From Octopus vulgaris (Eukaryota), in NCBI GenBank assembly GCA_951406725.2, contig OX597815.1, positions 108,252,001 through 108,316,000 on the forward strand: a DNA stretch of 64,000 bases, read 5' to 3'. Positions 12,172-27,050 of the stretch are shown here, in pieces. How positions within the stretch are numbered: the stretch's first letter is position 1; the number at the start of each line of letters is the position of its first letter. The notes beneath the pieces are model-generated. The model saw only the letters and a list, made by a program, of their open reading frames with translations. It made no database searches and was not told where the DNA came from. The translations under genes and the position numbers were made by a program.

Positions 12172-15141
12172 TATAGTCCACCAATATGACAGTCAAAACG
12201 TTGAATATATAGAATATAAACTTTTGTAAAGCCATGTAAAAGTAAGCCTCAGTATTAAAATCCAGAAAAGAAAATAGAATTATGGGTCAACATGAGAATA
12301 GTTTGATATACTTATTAAATGTAATATGATAAATGACTGAATCCCTGCCCAGCTATATATGTTATATAAGGTATAAAGAATATATTAGAATATAACCCAC
12401 TAACCAAGAATTAGCATCAAGAAAAGAAACATAATCAGGAATCAGTCTACTAACATATGAATTGATAACAAATAGAAGTAATGATGGTTCCTTCATGTGA
12501 GGAGATATTTAAAGAAAATTTTGTAAACCTATGTTTGTCTTGAGTAACATTAGTTTTTGTATTAGTATTTATGGGATTGTATGGATAGAAAGATGGAAAT
12601 ATCTATGAGTGTGTATGAAAACATGGACAAAGAATACATGAAGACAAAACTTTTTAGAGTAAGAAGAGAATGTTCAATAAAAAAAAATTCCATATGGGAT
12701 AATATCAGGTGAGATTACTGGCTGGATTCTATACAGACAACATACACAGTTTCAATGGTGATGTTGTCAAACCAGGGTAAGAAATGTACCAGATAGCTAA
12801 GCATAGAAAAGCCACTAGTACAAAAATTTAACCTTTTATTGCAAGTCAGTTGTTGGCTTGTATCAACAAGAGCTGAATAGTTAGATCGATATTTTATAAC
12901 TTAGTGTGTATTAATGGAGACAAAGCTAAAACTAAAAGACAAGATTCCTTTCATAACTAGATGCTTTCATGTCAGAATCTTATGTACAAACTAAACACAG
13001 GCTTTCAATGCATATTCCCACAGGACCACTGCAAAATCAACAATGTATTTGCAGATGAACAACTGGCTGGATAAAAAGGAATTTGGGTTATGTGATAAAC
13101 AAGTTATGATATCAGAAGCTGGACAATATCATAAGAATTAAGTATTGGTCTAGTCAGATTTACAGATGAGCAACTTGATCTCATTCTATATTGTATTGAT
13201 GTGAACAGCATTGCTAAAATACCAGAAGCAGTTTTTGAAGTCATAGGAACCTTAAGAACTTGAGCTATTATCTTAAAACTAAAGGGAAAAAGAAAGTAAA
13301 TAATTTCTCAAATATTACAAGTAGGCAACGTTTCAGTTGATCTTATTTGAAGTAAACCTACTCTCAGTTATGCTGGTGCTAAACCAGAATCTGTGCAATG
13401 ACGATAATGCTAATGGAGATGACAGAGACAGTGATCGCAACAATGATGCTGATGATGCTGATGATAATAATAATGATTAAAATTGATGATATATTTACCA
13501 AAGGTTCTTACAATTACAAACAGATACCGTATTCTTCAGGCTTAAATCTATCAATTTCTCTTTAGCAAATGAAATTGTTTACAATGTCTTTGCAGAAGTA
13601 GAAGCAGACACTTAAAAAGAAAAATTACTGAAATTATAGAATAGTTTGTTTTCATTACCATCATCTTAATAGCAGCAGCAGCAGCAGTAATGATTGTAGT
13701 AGTTTCTTTTATTTACGTCTAACATTATAATTATCATTATCACTACAATCAGCACCACCACCATCATCATCATTGTAACTATTAACCATCGTTATCCTCA
13801 TCTTGTTTAATGCACCTTCTCCCACCACTATCACTACTACTCTAACCATCACTATTATCACATGTATCCTTATATTCATCTCCACCTTTACTCTCTCACC
13901 TTTGTGTCCTTATCTCTATCACTGCAACAGGTATCATCATCCTCATGGTGGGATTATATCAACTGATTGCAAGATTTCGTGTGTTGCATCATGTTGTTGT
14001 TGAGAATGATGATGATGATAATGATATGACGATGACAATGATGAAGATGATGGTACTTTTCCATTTGTTTTGCGTATCTTGTACTTCAAAGTTTACTGAG
14101 CTTTGCAAACAACACAGTTCTAAGCACACATAAACACACACCTATACATATACTGTTGTCCATGTATGTTTGTGTGTAAAAGATAGATATCTTTTCATTT
14201 AATGGTAAAAGCACATACACATTTCTCTCAAGTAGGAAGCTGCTTGCAAGTCTATTTGCATACTAGTATATGTATGTCTACATGGATATGTGCATATACT
14301 CACTTACACAAAGGCTTATATCTGAGTGTCTAATCTACTAACCCTCCTGCTTGTGAGCATGTTTGTCAGTTGGTGTACTTATCTTTAATAAACAACAATA
14401 AAAAAGAACAACTATCTACAAAGAATTATTAAAAATAACTATAAAGTATTTTGTATTATCAGTTGTCTTATTTTCAGCAGCCACAAAGGCTGAGCAGATA
14501 AGATAATGAACACCTTCAATATATAAGTTCACAAGTTCATATTACACAGGATATACCATGCTCTTTCTTTGAACAAAGCACTAAATACTAATTATACAGC
14601 TATCAAGTTAATATGCCTTGAGTAAAATCCAGACTCTGGAAAAGCTGTTGAGGATCTGTGTCATCATCAATAATAATGCAAATGAGATTTTGTAGAATGT
14701 TGATAAATTTGATTGCTGTAAAGAATTGAATGTCTGATATTTCAGGCTCTTACCCTTTAGTTGATTGTAGTTCTTTGCTGTATATCACCCCAGTAAATTT
14801 TTGCTTAAAATTTTATTGCCTTGAACAGCTTATGGTTCCGATTGCTATCTGCTGTAGGTTTACTACTGTGAGCAGATGGAATGGTTTATACAAGACATTA
14901 AGTATAATTCTCTCACAAAATATGCTAAAATACATTGATATATATATCTATATATGTAAGTCTATGTATGTCTGTCTCTCTGCACTTTGCGATTCATGTC
15001 TAAAAACATGCATATATATCCATGTTATTTATGTAGAAACATTGATCCATGCAGCCAAATACATATATAAGTTTATGCTAATACAATCAATCACATATGC
15101 ACACACAGACACAGACACACACACACACGCACACACACACA

Positions 15142-15174
<33 letters not shown>

Positions 15175-15523
15175 CTTATATGTTTATATTGTGTAAGTGT
15201 GTAGTGTAACCATGCAATATTTATACATACATACATATATATATATATATATGGTTAAAACATTTAACCAAAATGCAAAATGATAATAAAAGTTTTTGGC
15301 AAGATAACTGCTACAGGTCTGCTATCGTGAATTTAAAGCTTTGAGCTCCTCTTTAGTACAATTGCTGCTCAGACTTATTGGTCATTTGCAGCTTAAGTAT
15401 AAAAGTAAATAACACATCTGTAGGCAAGCAGTATTATTGATTTTGTTAGTGAAGGTTTAACAATCAGTAAAGTAATATCTATGTTTCTTTTTTTTTTGTG
15501 GGGATGGGTGGGGTAAGATGTAA

Positions 15524-15794
15524 TCTCTTATTATAAAAGGCAGATTTTATCTGCCTCCCTTTGGGAGTTATACAAATCTACAATATAGGATTTCTTCAAT
15601 TACAATTTACCTAGCAGTTTTGAGAGTACAATGCATCGCGTCATGCCAGCTCCAGTTTTTAATATTTAAACTCCAATTAAGCAAAATTTGCAGAAAACTC
15701 ACATTCTGGTGTGTGTGTCAAATGCTTTTCTTAGTCTGGTTTACAGCACACGCAAACGCACACACACACTGTGTAACGAATAAAATGAAACTAG
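15524..15794 (+). mobile_element. Possible short non-autonomous Helitron-like element
   Basis: Starts A|TCTCTTATTATAAAAGGCAG, like the Helitron 5' ends in this window, and has CTAG at 15791-15794; the 3' hairpin is weak and the following base is not T. Confidence 0.3.
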
Positions 15795-16179
15795 ATGTAA
15801 TATTTGTTACTGTCCATGAACGCTGATAGATACATGAGTAAAATGTATGGAAAGCTAACAAATAAGAGTGAGTGAAAATGTTCTTGGAAGAGAGTAAATT
15901 TGAAGCTTGAGAACAATCAGATACATTTGCAACACATCTGTTGAAAATATTATTATTCACACACATACATATACATATATACATACAGACAGACAGACAG
16001 ATAGACACACACACACACACACACACACACATGATCCAGCATGGCCACAACCTCAAGGCTAAAACATATAAAAGAATAACAGAATATAAATGTGTGCATG
16101 TGTGTGAGAGAGAGAGTGTGTGTGTATATGTATGTATGTATGTACTAAAAGTCAGAGGGGAATGGGATAAACTACTTAT

Positions 16180-16710
16180 ATTAACTTGCTATAAAAGCAG
16201 GTAGTAATTTTATCTTGTCCTTATTCATAGTGCAAGTTCTGAAGAGTGCATTTCGATTTTAACAGCTATTTTTTTCAAAGCTATGTTGGAAGTAACAAAG
16301 GAGCATATTTGGCATATTTTGCTTTATGAGTTCAATAAAGACAACAACGCAACGGAAAGTACAAGAAATATTAATGCAGTATATGGGGATTGGACAATAA
16401 GCGTAAGGCAGTGTCAATGGTGGTTCCAGAAATTCCGAGCCATAAACTACAGCCTAGAAGACGAGCCTCATCCTGAAAGATCTGTAGAACTCGACAAGGA
16501 CATCCTGAAAACCCTGGTGGAACAAAATCTCATCGTAACTGTTGAGGAACTAGCAGAGAAGCTTGGATTTGGTCATTCAACCATTCATTGAGACCTGTGT
16601 GCTATCGGAAAAGTCAGCAAATTGGGTCAATGGGTTCCTCACGAACTTTCCGAGTCTAATTGCATGCAGAGAGTGAATGTATGCTTTTCTTTGCTGTCAC
16701 ATCTCACCAC
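16180..16710 (+). mobile_element. 5' fragment of a mariner transposon
   Basis: ORF 16283-16591 encodes mariner HTH domains (HILLYEFNK, WFQKFR, LEDEPH, VEELAEKLG); WVPHEL follows downstream. Confidence 0.85.
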
Positions 16711-16726
16711 TACTGCGCTATGTATA

Positions 16727-17362
16727 TCTATATATATAAAACTGTAGTTGTGTGAGTGTCTGTCCCCTTCGATTTAGATTCCTAACTACTCCCACATTTT
16801 GCGGTGCAGTTTAACCAAATTCGGGTAGCTTATAGTCGTGATTCATATCGAGCCCGTCTGAGTATTAGCGCGCGTCTACGATGAGTCTACGATTTTAAAA
16901 ATAATTTAACATCATTTTTTATTCCATTTTAATGCATAATTTTTCGTGTGTCGATGGCGGTGGAGTTGGCGTCCACGCTCACACCTGCACCTGTGGGGAA
17001 GGGAGTGTAAGGAAATCAACGTCGTAATGCGTTGTCAAGGAGACCAGCGTTCTTTTAGAACAACGACTTCATGGCTTGAAGACACCAAAACAGAAATGGC
17101 TAAGAAAGCGTCTACATGAGTCTACGATTTAAAAAAAAATTACCATCGTTTTTTTTCCATTTTAATGCATTTTTTCGCTATTATATAAGGGAAGTAACTC
17201 TCTAAAAATGTCTACGATGAGTCAACGATTTAAAAAAAAATTTACCATCATATTTTTTCCATTTTTAATGCATTTTTTGCTATTTTTTGGCTATAACTCT
17301 CTAAAAATGCTTATATAGTTATTTCCCTTACAAACCCGAGCAACGCCGGGCGATACTGCTAG
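16727..17362 (+). mobile_element. Non-autonomous Helitron
   Basis: A|TC 5' end (TCTATATATATAAAA), 3' hairpin CCCGAGCAACGCCGGG and CTAG|T end; three internal copies of GTCTACGATGAGTCTACGATTT... Confidence 0.88.
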
Positions 17363-17499
17363 TCTAGAATATTTGTGAATGTAGCAGTTGCTAGATATGA
17401 AATATGTGAGATTTACTCCAGTATTTGAGGAACAGTTATGGATAATAGAGAGCTAGTAACTGTTCTAAGCTGCAGTTGTCCCTGGCTCTGAGAGATAGA

Positions 17500-18800
17500 C
17501 ATTTTAGAGAGGGGAAATTTTTTCTCTCAGTTTCTTAATCATGTACAGGTACCCTCAAAGGTGAATGTCCTTATCCTTGGTTTGCCAATTCTCCCACTTG
17601 CCATTCACTCCACCTTTAGACCTAAGTTCCTCCAGCTTGAATAACTGATGGACAGACTGAAGGTGATCAATGCCTACCTGGCACTGTTCCTGTTTTGGAA
17701 AAGCGGTTGTATACCCTCCACAGTGTCCCTTGCTACAACCACATGTCTCTCCTCTTGGACCGTGATGCCTGTACCCAACAGGCCACCAAAGTGATATGCA
17801 ATGTTCACTCTGATGACACTGGATGGCAACAGGCCACCACCTTACCCATCAAATATGGTCGTCTCAGCGTTCAATCTCCAGTCTCACTGGCTTTGCTGGG
17901 CTTTTCTCTCACTGGTGACCTCTTGCTGTGTCCTCTTTAACAGGGTTCTTCATGGCACAACTGAATAATCTGTGACTGAGGAACACAAAGTGGCCTATGT
18001 CACATGGAGCCAGCTTGGCCTGCACCCCACTGACATTCATCCTCTTCTTCCCTCTGTGGACGTCTGGTCCTCTCAAAAGAAATGGGATGCCATCAAGTGT
18101 AGCATGACCACAAGCAAATTAGTGTGCTGGCTTGACCAGCACCATCTGACGGGTTTCTGCTCAGCCTCTGATCTTTACAGCAGCACTTGCAACTGGCACT
18201 CAGCTCAATGGTGACTGCCTGTGTATTGGCATTTCCCTCAGGCTTGGTCTCCAGATCTGTGAGTCTCATGAATGATGCTGTGGATCCATTGTGGGTTCTT
18301 TTGGCCTCCACTCACTGCTATGTTGTCATAGTGCTGACCACTTTCCATGCCATGCAATCTTTAACAAGATCATAATGTATTGTCTAGTGGGGCTAGACAG
18401 CAAGGACAGTAGAAGACTGGACGGTATGACAGTTTTCTTATTCCGTGGTGGTAGACCCCTCATCTGGGATGCTTCATACTGTGACAACTTCTACAGTGAC
18501 ACCTTGGTGTTGTCAGTTACCACCCGAGGCTCCATTGCTCATCAGACTGTGAAAAAACTGTCATGGTATTGGCTGCTCTCTGACAAGTTTATGGTTGAGC
18601 CTGTGATAGTTGAGCCCTCTGGTATTCTTGGTCCCTGGACCATATCCCTGTTCACTGCTATCAGGTAGAGATTGCTATCTGCAAGTACATGCTCCACAAA
18701 TCAGAGTGGCTTTTCCAGCACATCTTCCTCACCATCATCTGGGACAACACCTTTTCCATTTTGTCTCCTGGTGCCATGTGAAATGTTTCTATATTGTGAG
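17500..18800 (+). mobile_element. Degraded CRE-like non-LTR retrotransposon (RT C-terminus plus REL endonuclease)
   Basis: WQQATTLPIKYGRLSVQ (cf. QATLP...GGLG) and GLDSKDSRRLDGMTVF.FRGGRPLIWDAS (cf. DGKRPDG..WD), FMVEPVIVEPSGILGP. Confidence 0.7.
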
Positions 18801-19199
18801 AGGCAAGATTCTCCATATTTGATTAATATAAAGAGAAGGAGAAAAAGCATCAACAACTTTAAAACACAAGTTATATTCTCTTTTACATTCGTTTTATCTA
18901 ATTGCATTATATTAGATATCAGATTCACTCAGGAAGCACGTAAAGTCTACTGAGTGAAACTTTTTATTTTGGATGTTTATATAATTTCTTAATGGGAAGA
19001 CGCCAAAACAACATACCAAGTTTCACAAACCACACAGAATTCTATAAATATTTTGATATTTTATATGACTATGACCATGATTATATAAGTATATGTATAG
19101 CTGGGTGATTGAGAAGTTTGTTTTACAACAATGTTGCTCTAATTTCAATTCCACTCTGCAGTATATCATGTTGGGTGCATCTTCACTAGTGTTTTTGGT

Positions 19200-20253
19200 T
19201 GACCAATTTACTTTATGTGCTGGAGCTTTGAAGATATAAACTGTGTGAAAGCCTTGATAAAAAAGTCATCAACAGCATACACGATGTCATCTTCACTGCG
19301 GTACTGGTTCCCAACCAAGTATCTTTTCATGGTGGGGAACAGATGATAGAGTGGGAGGGAGGGGGGGTAAATCGGGAAAATAGGGAGGGTAATCAACCAG
19401 TTCAAAGCCACAATCATACACAACAACCATTGGAACCAAGGACTTGTGTACTGGAGCACTGTCCTGATGAAACAAGACATATTTTGTCAGTTTTCCTTAG
19501 TGTTTGGTCCTGATAGCCTTTCATAACTGCTTCAGTAAGTTGGCATAATACTCTTCATGCATTGTGTTGCCCTTTTGAAGATAGTCTATAAACGCAATGC
19601 TTTTGCATCCCAAAGAACTGAAACCATTATCATCTCTGCAACTGAAACAACCTTGGCTTCCTTTAGATCAGGTGAGGAGGGATGTTTCCATTACATGGAT
19701 TGTCCTTTTGTCTCTAGTTAAAAGTGATGAAGCCAACACTCATCCTGACTTAGAAAACGTACAAGTAAACCAGCTGCATCTGCCTCAACAATGCCAGATT
19801 TTCCTGGGATGTGATCAGCCTGGCACACTTAGGTGTCAGAAGTCATGAGACCCACTGAACAGAAACTATCATCATGCCAAGTTCGTTATGCAGAATATTC
19901 TCAACTCTCTCATGAGATATGTTAACAGCATTGGCTATTTGATGTATAGTCAAAAGCCTGTTATCCCTCACCATGCACTTTCTTCAGTGGTGGCAGCTGC
20001 AGGACAGCCAGACCTTGGATCACCTCTTTTACTGTAGGTACTTGATAACACCACAATGTGAAATTTTGTCCATACTCAGAGAAGACGCTAGTAGCTACTT
20101 CTGAAGTCTTCTGTGAACAGCCAGATGTCAGTTTACCTGGAAAGAAACAATGCAGTTATTAAGAAGAAGGGTTGAAATTAATACATGCAATATTTCGCAG
20201 CCTAAGCATCACTCCTTCATAGTCAGCTTATGAATTTTTCAGCCAACCCTTCT
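19200..20253 (-). mobile_element. Degraded mariner (DD34D) transposon
   Basis: FHQDSAPVHKS...ELVDYPPYFPDLPP (cf. HDNA, YSPDLAP); terminus TAGAAGGGTTGGCTGAAAA. Confidence 0.75.
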
Positions 20254-21018
20254 ATGTCTGTACTTGTGCACTCATGTATATGCATCTGTATACATAAATG
20301 TGTGTGCATGCATGTGCATGTGTGTGTGTGCATGCATGTGTGCGTGCATGTGTGTGTGAGTGTGCACTTTTGAATGTACTGGAAAGAAGATAGGTAATTT
20401 TGACAAAAGTAAAACCATGAAGTTGACTAACTGTGTGTGGGGTTTAAAAAACTAGCTTGACACCACATACAATCAAATGGAAAATTCATTGAATAATCCA
20501 TACCTTATGTGAATGGATCTAAGAAACTCAACTTATGCCTAACTGAAAGATCACGAATCCTTTTTAGATCTACGAATTCCAGCACACTGTTGAATTCCAG
20601 ATCAGAAATTTTCAGCAAATGCAAATATATGGACAAATTTCTTTCTCTAAGTTGAGTAGCAGTATCACAGACTTTGTACCCCTTTCCATTGATTCATTCT
20701 ACAACTAACTTTATTAGAGATTTATGGACAAAGGGGACATAATTTATTTTCTTCTTTTCTTTTTCTGTTTTTCCACCTTCCACATTTTGTATCCAACTCT
20801 TGTTTTATCTTATGATTTATCTTGTTCTAGTGTTCTGATTTGTAAATTGTATAGGCCCCGTGGTCAGAAATTGAAGATTGTTTGGAGATACAAGGTGTGT
20901 TACTAAAACTTACCTAAACTACATCTCCAATGTATGAAGCTATTAGTGGCTCATAACTTTTTACAGTGTACAGTAAATAATATATGTGTGTATGCATATG
21001 TAAACATAAATTTGTATG

Positions 21019-21071
<53 letters not shown>

Positions 21072-21093
21072 ATATATGTGTGTATATATATAT

Positions 21094-21151
<58 letters not shown>

Positions 21152-21699
21152 TGAAAAATGCAAAGAGCATGTCTACTAAATATTAAATTTTCACATTATA
21201 ACAATTAATAAATAATTTGAATATATAATTTCAGATTTAAATAAATTTTAATGATTATAAGGGTTTCTATTTAATTCTGTCATGTGTGTGTGTGTGTGCA
21301 TGCATGTGTGTGTGTATATATATATATATGTATATGTATGTATGTATGTATGTATGTATGAATTCTATGTATTATGGAAGTAGTGTGTTCCTGAAAAAGT
21401 TGCTGTAACACAAAATCCCACAATGCAAAATAGTTTTCCCAATGATTTTGATGTTACAAAGTGATAATGCCTTCCAACTGATTTTGTGAATGTTAGAAAA
21501 GAAAAAAAGAAAAGCAATATGACTATCTTTAGTTATGAAAATAATTTCTAAGCACACAAAGCAGAAATATTTATACTTGAAAATATTTGAAAATGAAATG
21601 CTTACTGGAATAGATAAGAATCATAATACTGTAATAGGGTAGATTTTAAAAATTTGTGGCTTAAAGTTATTTCTGCCTTTGCAGTCATCTATAAAGTGT

Positions 21700-22480
21700 A
21701 ATTGTATTTGCGCCAATATTTTTAGATGACAGAGACAAATATTTCTGTATCTTAAGAGTATCTATAGAGCTGATATATTTCGTGAGATTCAAATAAAATC
21801 CAAATTATTTTCAAAAGCAAATACAAGGATCCTCCAGATGACTTGTGGAAGCTTTAAATCGTGGTGTTGATTTTTCTTTAATAGAAATAAAGTACCAGAG
21901 ATCATGAGCTTCTAGCAAAGTATAATTTCATCAATGCTCTGGTGTGTATCCCAGTACAGCAATCATTCTCATTTTTAGTTTCAGCTGCTCAAGATGATTA
22001 ATAGCAACTTTTGTATCATTACTGGCAGCTTTGCTAGTCATTTTTATGCTGTGCAAATTCAAGATCTTCTTAAACCTTTAAACCAGCCTTTACTAGCCAG
22101 AAAAAGTTTTTCATTAGATATTTCACTTGCCTTTTTCTGAAAGTTAGCATACAAACTTTTGGCTTTTATTAATATTATTATAGTGCTTATAAGCACATTA
22201 TATCGATTCTGATCCTCTTGTCATACATCCAAGAGCTGTTGTATTTTAAACAGCTCATTAGATCTGTGGTCCAAACAGTTAATAGAGTAACTTCTTCCAG
22301 TTGTCCCATTTTGCTCCTCCTGTAGATGTTGCAAGCTTAAATGATTTAGTTAGGTGGCTGATTTGTTCTTCTGCACCAAGTATTTATAAAACAACAAATG
22401 TAATCCTTTTAAAATTCCTTTTGATGCTATTGCATTCAATTCAACTGGAGGGCTTCTTCCCAGTTATCTTGAATTGTAAT
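21700..22480 (-). mobile_element. Pogo/Tigger transposase remnant
   Basis: Minus strand gives IKAKSLYANF...FLASKGWF (22080-22104), the CENP-B-type HTH motif of Tigger/pogo; boundaries approximate. Confidence 0.65.
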
Positions 22481-23394
22481 TACATTGAAAATAGCAGCAA
22501 TCAACAATTATCCATTGCATATAAAATTTATCAACAATATGTTTTAAAAGATATAGCACCAGGAAAGAGTGTTTTGTATGTGCATCTTATTGCAGAAAAG
22601 GTGTAAGCTAATGAAGTTCATAAGATAATAATTTATTCCTTTGTCATATCATTTTCTCATATATATATATATATATATATATAAACTCACTTATTAAAAC
22701 AAATTCAGTGTGTTGCATTCCTTTACTTGAGAAATAAAAAAATGTATAAACAAACAACATAACGTATACTGAATATAAAAACAAACAAGAGACAGAAAGT
22801 CCATAATTCTTTATCAGTTATCAACCAATGGTACTCTTCAGTTTCATGATAAAACTGAATGCTTCCCAATTGGCAGTGCATGCAAAAAAATATTTTCTTG
22901 CATAGAATTAGGGTAAATAAAATGAAACAAAACAAGCAAAACAACACAGAGTGTGATTTAGGATGGTGGATGAGCCAAGAATATGAGAATAGTGGGTAAC
23001 GCTTAGAAAATGTTTTGAATGATGGAGAATGGAGAGACAGAGTATATATGTGTATAATTTTAAAATCTGCTATAAGGCATGACACATTATCAAAATGTAG
23101 GCTCAGTAAGTAGTTCTACACACCATTTCGTTTGACCATAACCATCATATACTTGGATAGGCTGGGTGAGAAGGAGTTCTGGTTGCATTATTCAGTAATA
23201 AAAAGTGCAGCTGGTATTTTCATGCCTTATTTAACACATATGCTTTTCCGCAAGTTGATTTTTGTTATTGAGCAAGCTGTGTGACCCATCTATGCAATCT
23301 AGCTGCTCACTTCTTTGGTATTATCAGTAAAAACTGCAATACAATTTTTGTTGCATGCCCTTATATACTCCTGGCATGTATATTATGAATAAGC

Positions 23395-23627
23395 AAGGTG
23401 GTGAGCTGGCAGAAATGTTAGCATGCTAGGCGAAATGCTTAGTGGTATTTTGCCTACCATTATGTTCTGAGTTCAAATTCTGCCGAGGTCAACTTTTGCT
23501 TTTCATCCTTTCGGAGGCGATTAAATAAATACCAGTTGCACAATGGGTCGATACAATCTACTTAATCCCTTTGTCTGTCCTTGTTTGTTCCCTCTCTGTT
23601 TAGCCACCTGTGGGCAATAAAGAAATA
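23395..23627 (+). mobile_element. Meta-like tRNA-derived SINE
   Basis: AGGTGGTGAGCTGGCAGAA head, GAGTTCAAAT, TTTCATCCTTTCGGAGGCGAT. Confidence 0.8.
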
Positions 23628-23991
23628 GAGCAAGTTGGTATAACAGATTGGAGGATGATAGGAGACATAACAGGATATTAAAAGAAGAAGCATAAACAGA
23701 AGTTAGTGATGGACATTTTTACACTCGGACACATCAGACAGACCCACACATACCCTTCCCCATATACATACATACATACATACATACCATTTGTGCCGGT
23801 GGCACGTAAAACGCACCCACTACACTCAGGGAGTGGTTGGCGTTAGGAACGGCATCCAGCTGTAGAAACATTGCCAGATCAGACTGGGCCTGGTGCAGCC
23901 TTCTGGCTTCCCAGACCCCAGTTGAACCGTCCAACCCATGCTAGCATGGAAAGCGGACGCTAAATGATGATGATGATGATGATGATATATA

Positions 23992-25245
23992 CATGGGTTG
24001 GACAAAATAATGGAAACACCTTGAAATTTCAAACAAATTTATTTTAACATGGGGTAAGACCACTTTTGGCAGTAATTACAACTTGAATTCTATATGGTAT
24101 GGATTCTTACAAATTTTGAATTGTTTCCAAAAGAATTTTTGTCCATTCTTCAGCTAAAACAGTCTCCAGTTCTTGTAGTGATGATGCTGGGGGATATCAA
24201 CATCCTACTTGTTTTTTTAAAATGAACCATAAATGTTCGATAATATTGAGATCCGGGGACTGTGGTGGTCAGATAAGATGTTCCTCGTGCCATTCAGTAA
24301 CAACTTTAGCTGTGTGAATTTGTGCATTATCATCCTGAAAGATTGTGTTTCCCTCCAGAAACAGTTCTGCAACCATGGGATGAATTTGATCAGATAAAAT
24401 GCTTAAATAGTCTTGATTATTAATTCTACCATGAAGGGGAACCATTAGACTGGTGGATTTCCAAGATATAGCCTTCCAGATCATCACAGATCCTCCTCTA
24501 TGTTTAACAGTTGGAAGAAGGCAGTCTGGGTCAAATGCTTCTTTTGGCTGTCTCCACGCGTATACTCAGCCAGTGGTCAGAAATAAGGTAAAGGATGACT
24601 CATCCGAGAAAATAACATTCTTCCACTGTTCTAGGGACCAATTTTGTAGGTTTTTACTCCACTCTAAACTCTTTGCAACGTTTGTTTTTGAAAGTAGTGG
24701 GTTTCTGATTGCAGCCCTCCCATGAAATCTGGCTTTGTGCAGCTCCCGGCAAACAGTTTCTTTGGAAATTGGGTTCTCGAGGTGGTCATTAAACTCTGCA
24801 GTAATTTTGGGTGCTGTACTTTTGTGATCCTTTCTAAAAATTTGTGTAAGAGTCCGACGGTCCCAATCTGAAAGTTTTGGTTTTCTTCCAGAGTTTTGTT
24901 TCGATGAGGAAATTTTTCCATTTTTCTCAATGGCAGTCATTACTTTTGAGACAGTACATCTTGATATACCAAACATTTCAGCTGTTTTCATTATGCTAGC
25001 ACCTGGCATATGAGCACCGACAATTTGACCTCTTTGAAAATCCAATAGATCTGTCATTTTAATGAATTTAAATTAGCATTTTCAGATGATATCTGAAAAG
25101 AAACAGCAATTTTAGCAAAACATATTAAGCAACACTTATAATAAATAAAAAAAAATATTAAAATACATAAACTTTTGATAGTTTTATAGATATTTCAAAA
25201 TTATGATGCTATGATGCTAGATGTTTCCATTATTTTGTCCAATCC

Positions 25246-25248
<3 letters not shown>
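23992..25248 (-). mobile_element. Full-length decayed Tc1-like transposon
   Basis: TIRs CA.GG.TTGGACAAAATAATGGAAACA flanked by TA; ORF 24566-25057 (DFQRGQIVG, GRKPKL, VIFSDES) and 24269-24487 (IFQDDNAQIH). Confidence 0.92.
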
Positions 25249-25291
<43 letters not shown>

Positions 25292-26277
25292 ACACTATTG
25301 AGAGAAGGAAGCAAAATAGTAAGTCCTTGGGTCAGTAATGCAGTAATAACAATAACAGTCATTGGCATATATTAAGTTGTGAAAACAAGAAGAGAGTAAA
25401 TTTGTTTGTCTTGGCATTTATTTGATATTTGGATCACAACAGTTTTGGTATGATTGACATAGCCTTCAGTTAGTTCATTTGTAGATAGATCTGAAATCAA
25501 AGTTTGTTATCCAAGCAGGTTGTCTGACGCTGTGTGAGTACGTATACACATATACATTCATGTGCTACACACTCATATAAAGGCACTCACATATAAAGGC
25601 ACTCACATATAAAAACACTTCACACAAATGTGAATTAATACACATGTATGCATACAGTAAAACTCCCGTAGACATATATACACACATGTAGGCATGTTGC
25701 ATAGTAAACTCTCTCCCTTTAAATACTACAACAGATACAAGCAAAAATCTGATGTTGTAAGACTTTTGGGTGCATGTACACATTTTTTAGCTTCTAGAAG
25801 AACAATACCAAATTAGCCAAACATATGTAAGTCAGTATAAAACACAACAGATATTCAGAGGTACTTCATATAACATCTACAGTATATCCACACAAGAATG
25901 TGTGATAGCATATGGGTCTAACATAGCTTCAGGCAGTGTAAACTTTGGGAAAAGTCAAAGTTCAAAGTAGTTAGTGCATTAAGGGATCATTTATGTGGTG
26001 TAATGTATATAAACACACACATACACACATATGTATGTCATCGTTATCATCATCACCACCACCATCATCATCATTGTCGCCGTTGTCGTCATTGTCATCA
26101 TCATCATCATCATTATCATCATCATTTAACGTTCGTTTATCATGCTGGTGTGGATTGGTTACTTTCACAAGAGCAGGCAACTCAGAGGGCTGTGCCAAGC
26201 TTTACTGTCTGCTTTGGCATGACTTCTTCAGCTGGATGCCCACTTAACGCCTATATATAGGGTGTGGTAAATAAATG

Positions 26278-27050
26278 GTCGTCTACATTACGCAAAAATG
26301 AAAATAACACTGACATCTCATTTTAACAGATATCATCATCATCATCATCATCGTTTAACGTCCGCTTTCCATGCTAGCATGGGTTGGACGATTTTGACTG
26401 AGGGCTGGTGAACCAGATGGTTGCACCAGACTCCAATCTTGATTTGGCAGAGTTTCTACAGCCGGATGCCCTTCCTAACGCCAACCACTCCGAGGGTGTA
26501 CGCCAACCACTCCGAGAGTGTAAGATATATTTATCAAAATTACATAAAAATATCTTGAAATACTAAAGAGTAAATTTATTCAATAAAATCATCATTAGCT
26601 TCAACTACGGCATCCAGATGACCTCAGAATCTCCTGCAACTCTTTTGGATGGTTTCCTTGTTTATGTTGGTGAATGCTGCCATAATCCTTGCCTTCAGTT
26701 CATCGTTCATGTTACAAGTAGTTTTGTTGGTCTCTTGCTCAACTGCACCCTACACATAATAATTAAGGGAGTTGCAGTCTGGGGAGTTAGGTGTCCAGAT
26801 GTTAGGGTTGATGTGGTCGCAGAAATTGTCTGACAGCCATGACTATATTCTCCTGTTTGTGTGGTATGGTGCAGACTCCTGTTGCTAGACATAGGGTCTT
26901 CCAGCAGCCACCCTCTTGACCCAGGGCAACACTACCTCCTCCAGGTACTTGATGTAGGCCTCCATGTTGAGTGTGAGACTGCGTGGGAAGATGAATGGAG
27001 GCATAACGTCACCATCACTCGTGATCACTCCAAACACTATGATGTTGACT
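26278..27050 (-). mobile_element. 3' part of a DD37D/maT-like Tc1/mariner transposon, interrupted by an RTE-type tail at ~26335-26520
   Basis: Minus-strand translation gives QQESAPYHT, IWTPNSPDCNSLNYYV*GAVE and a C-terminal LDAVVEANDDFIE. Confidence 0.7.

Noticed and set aside
12200-13330. Purine-rich stretch that may be a very old LINE
   Set aside because: No diagnostic motif could be read with confidence
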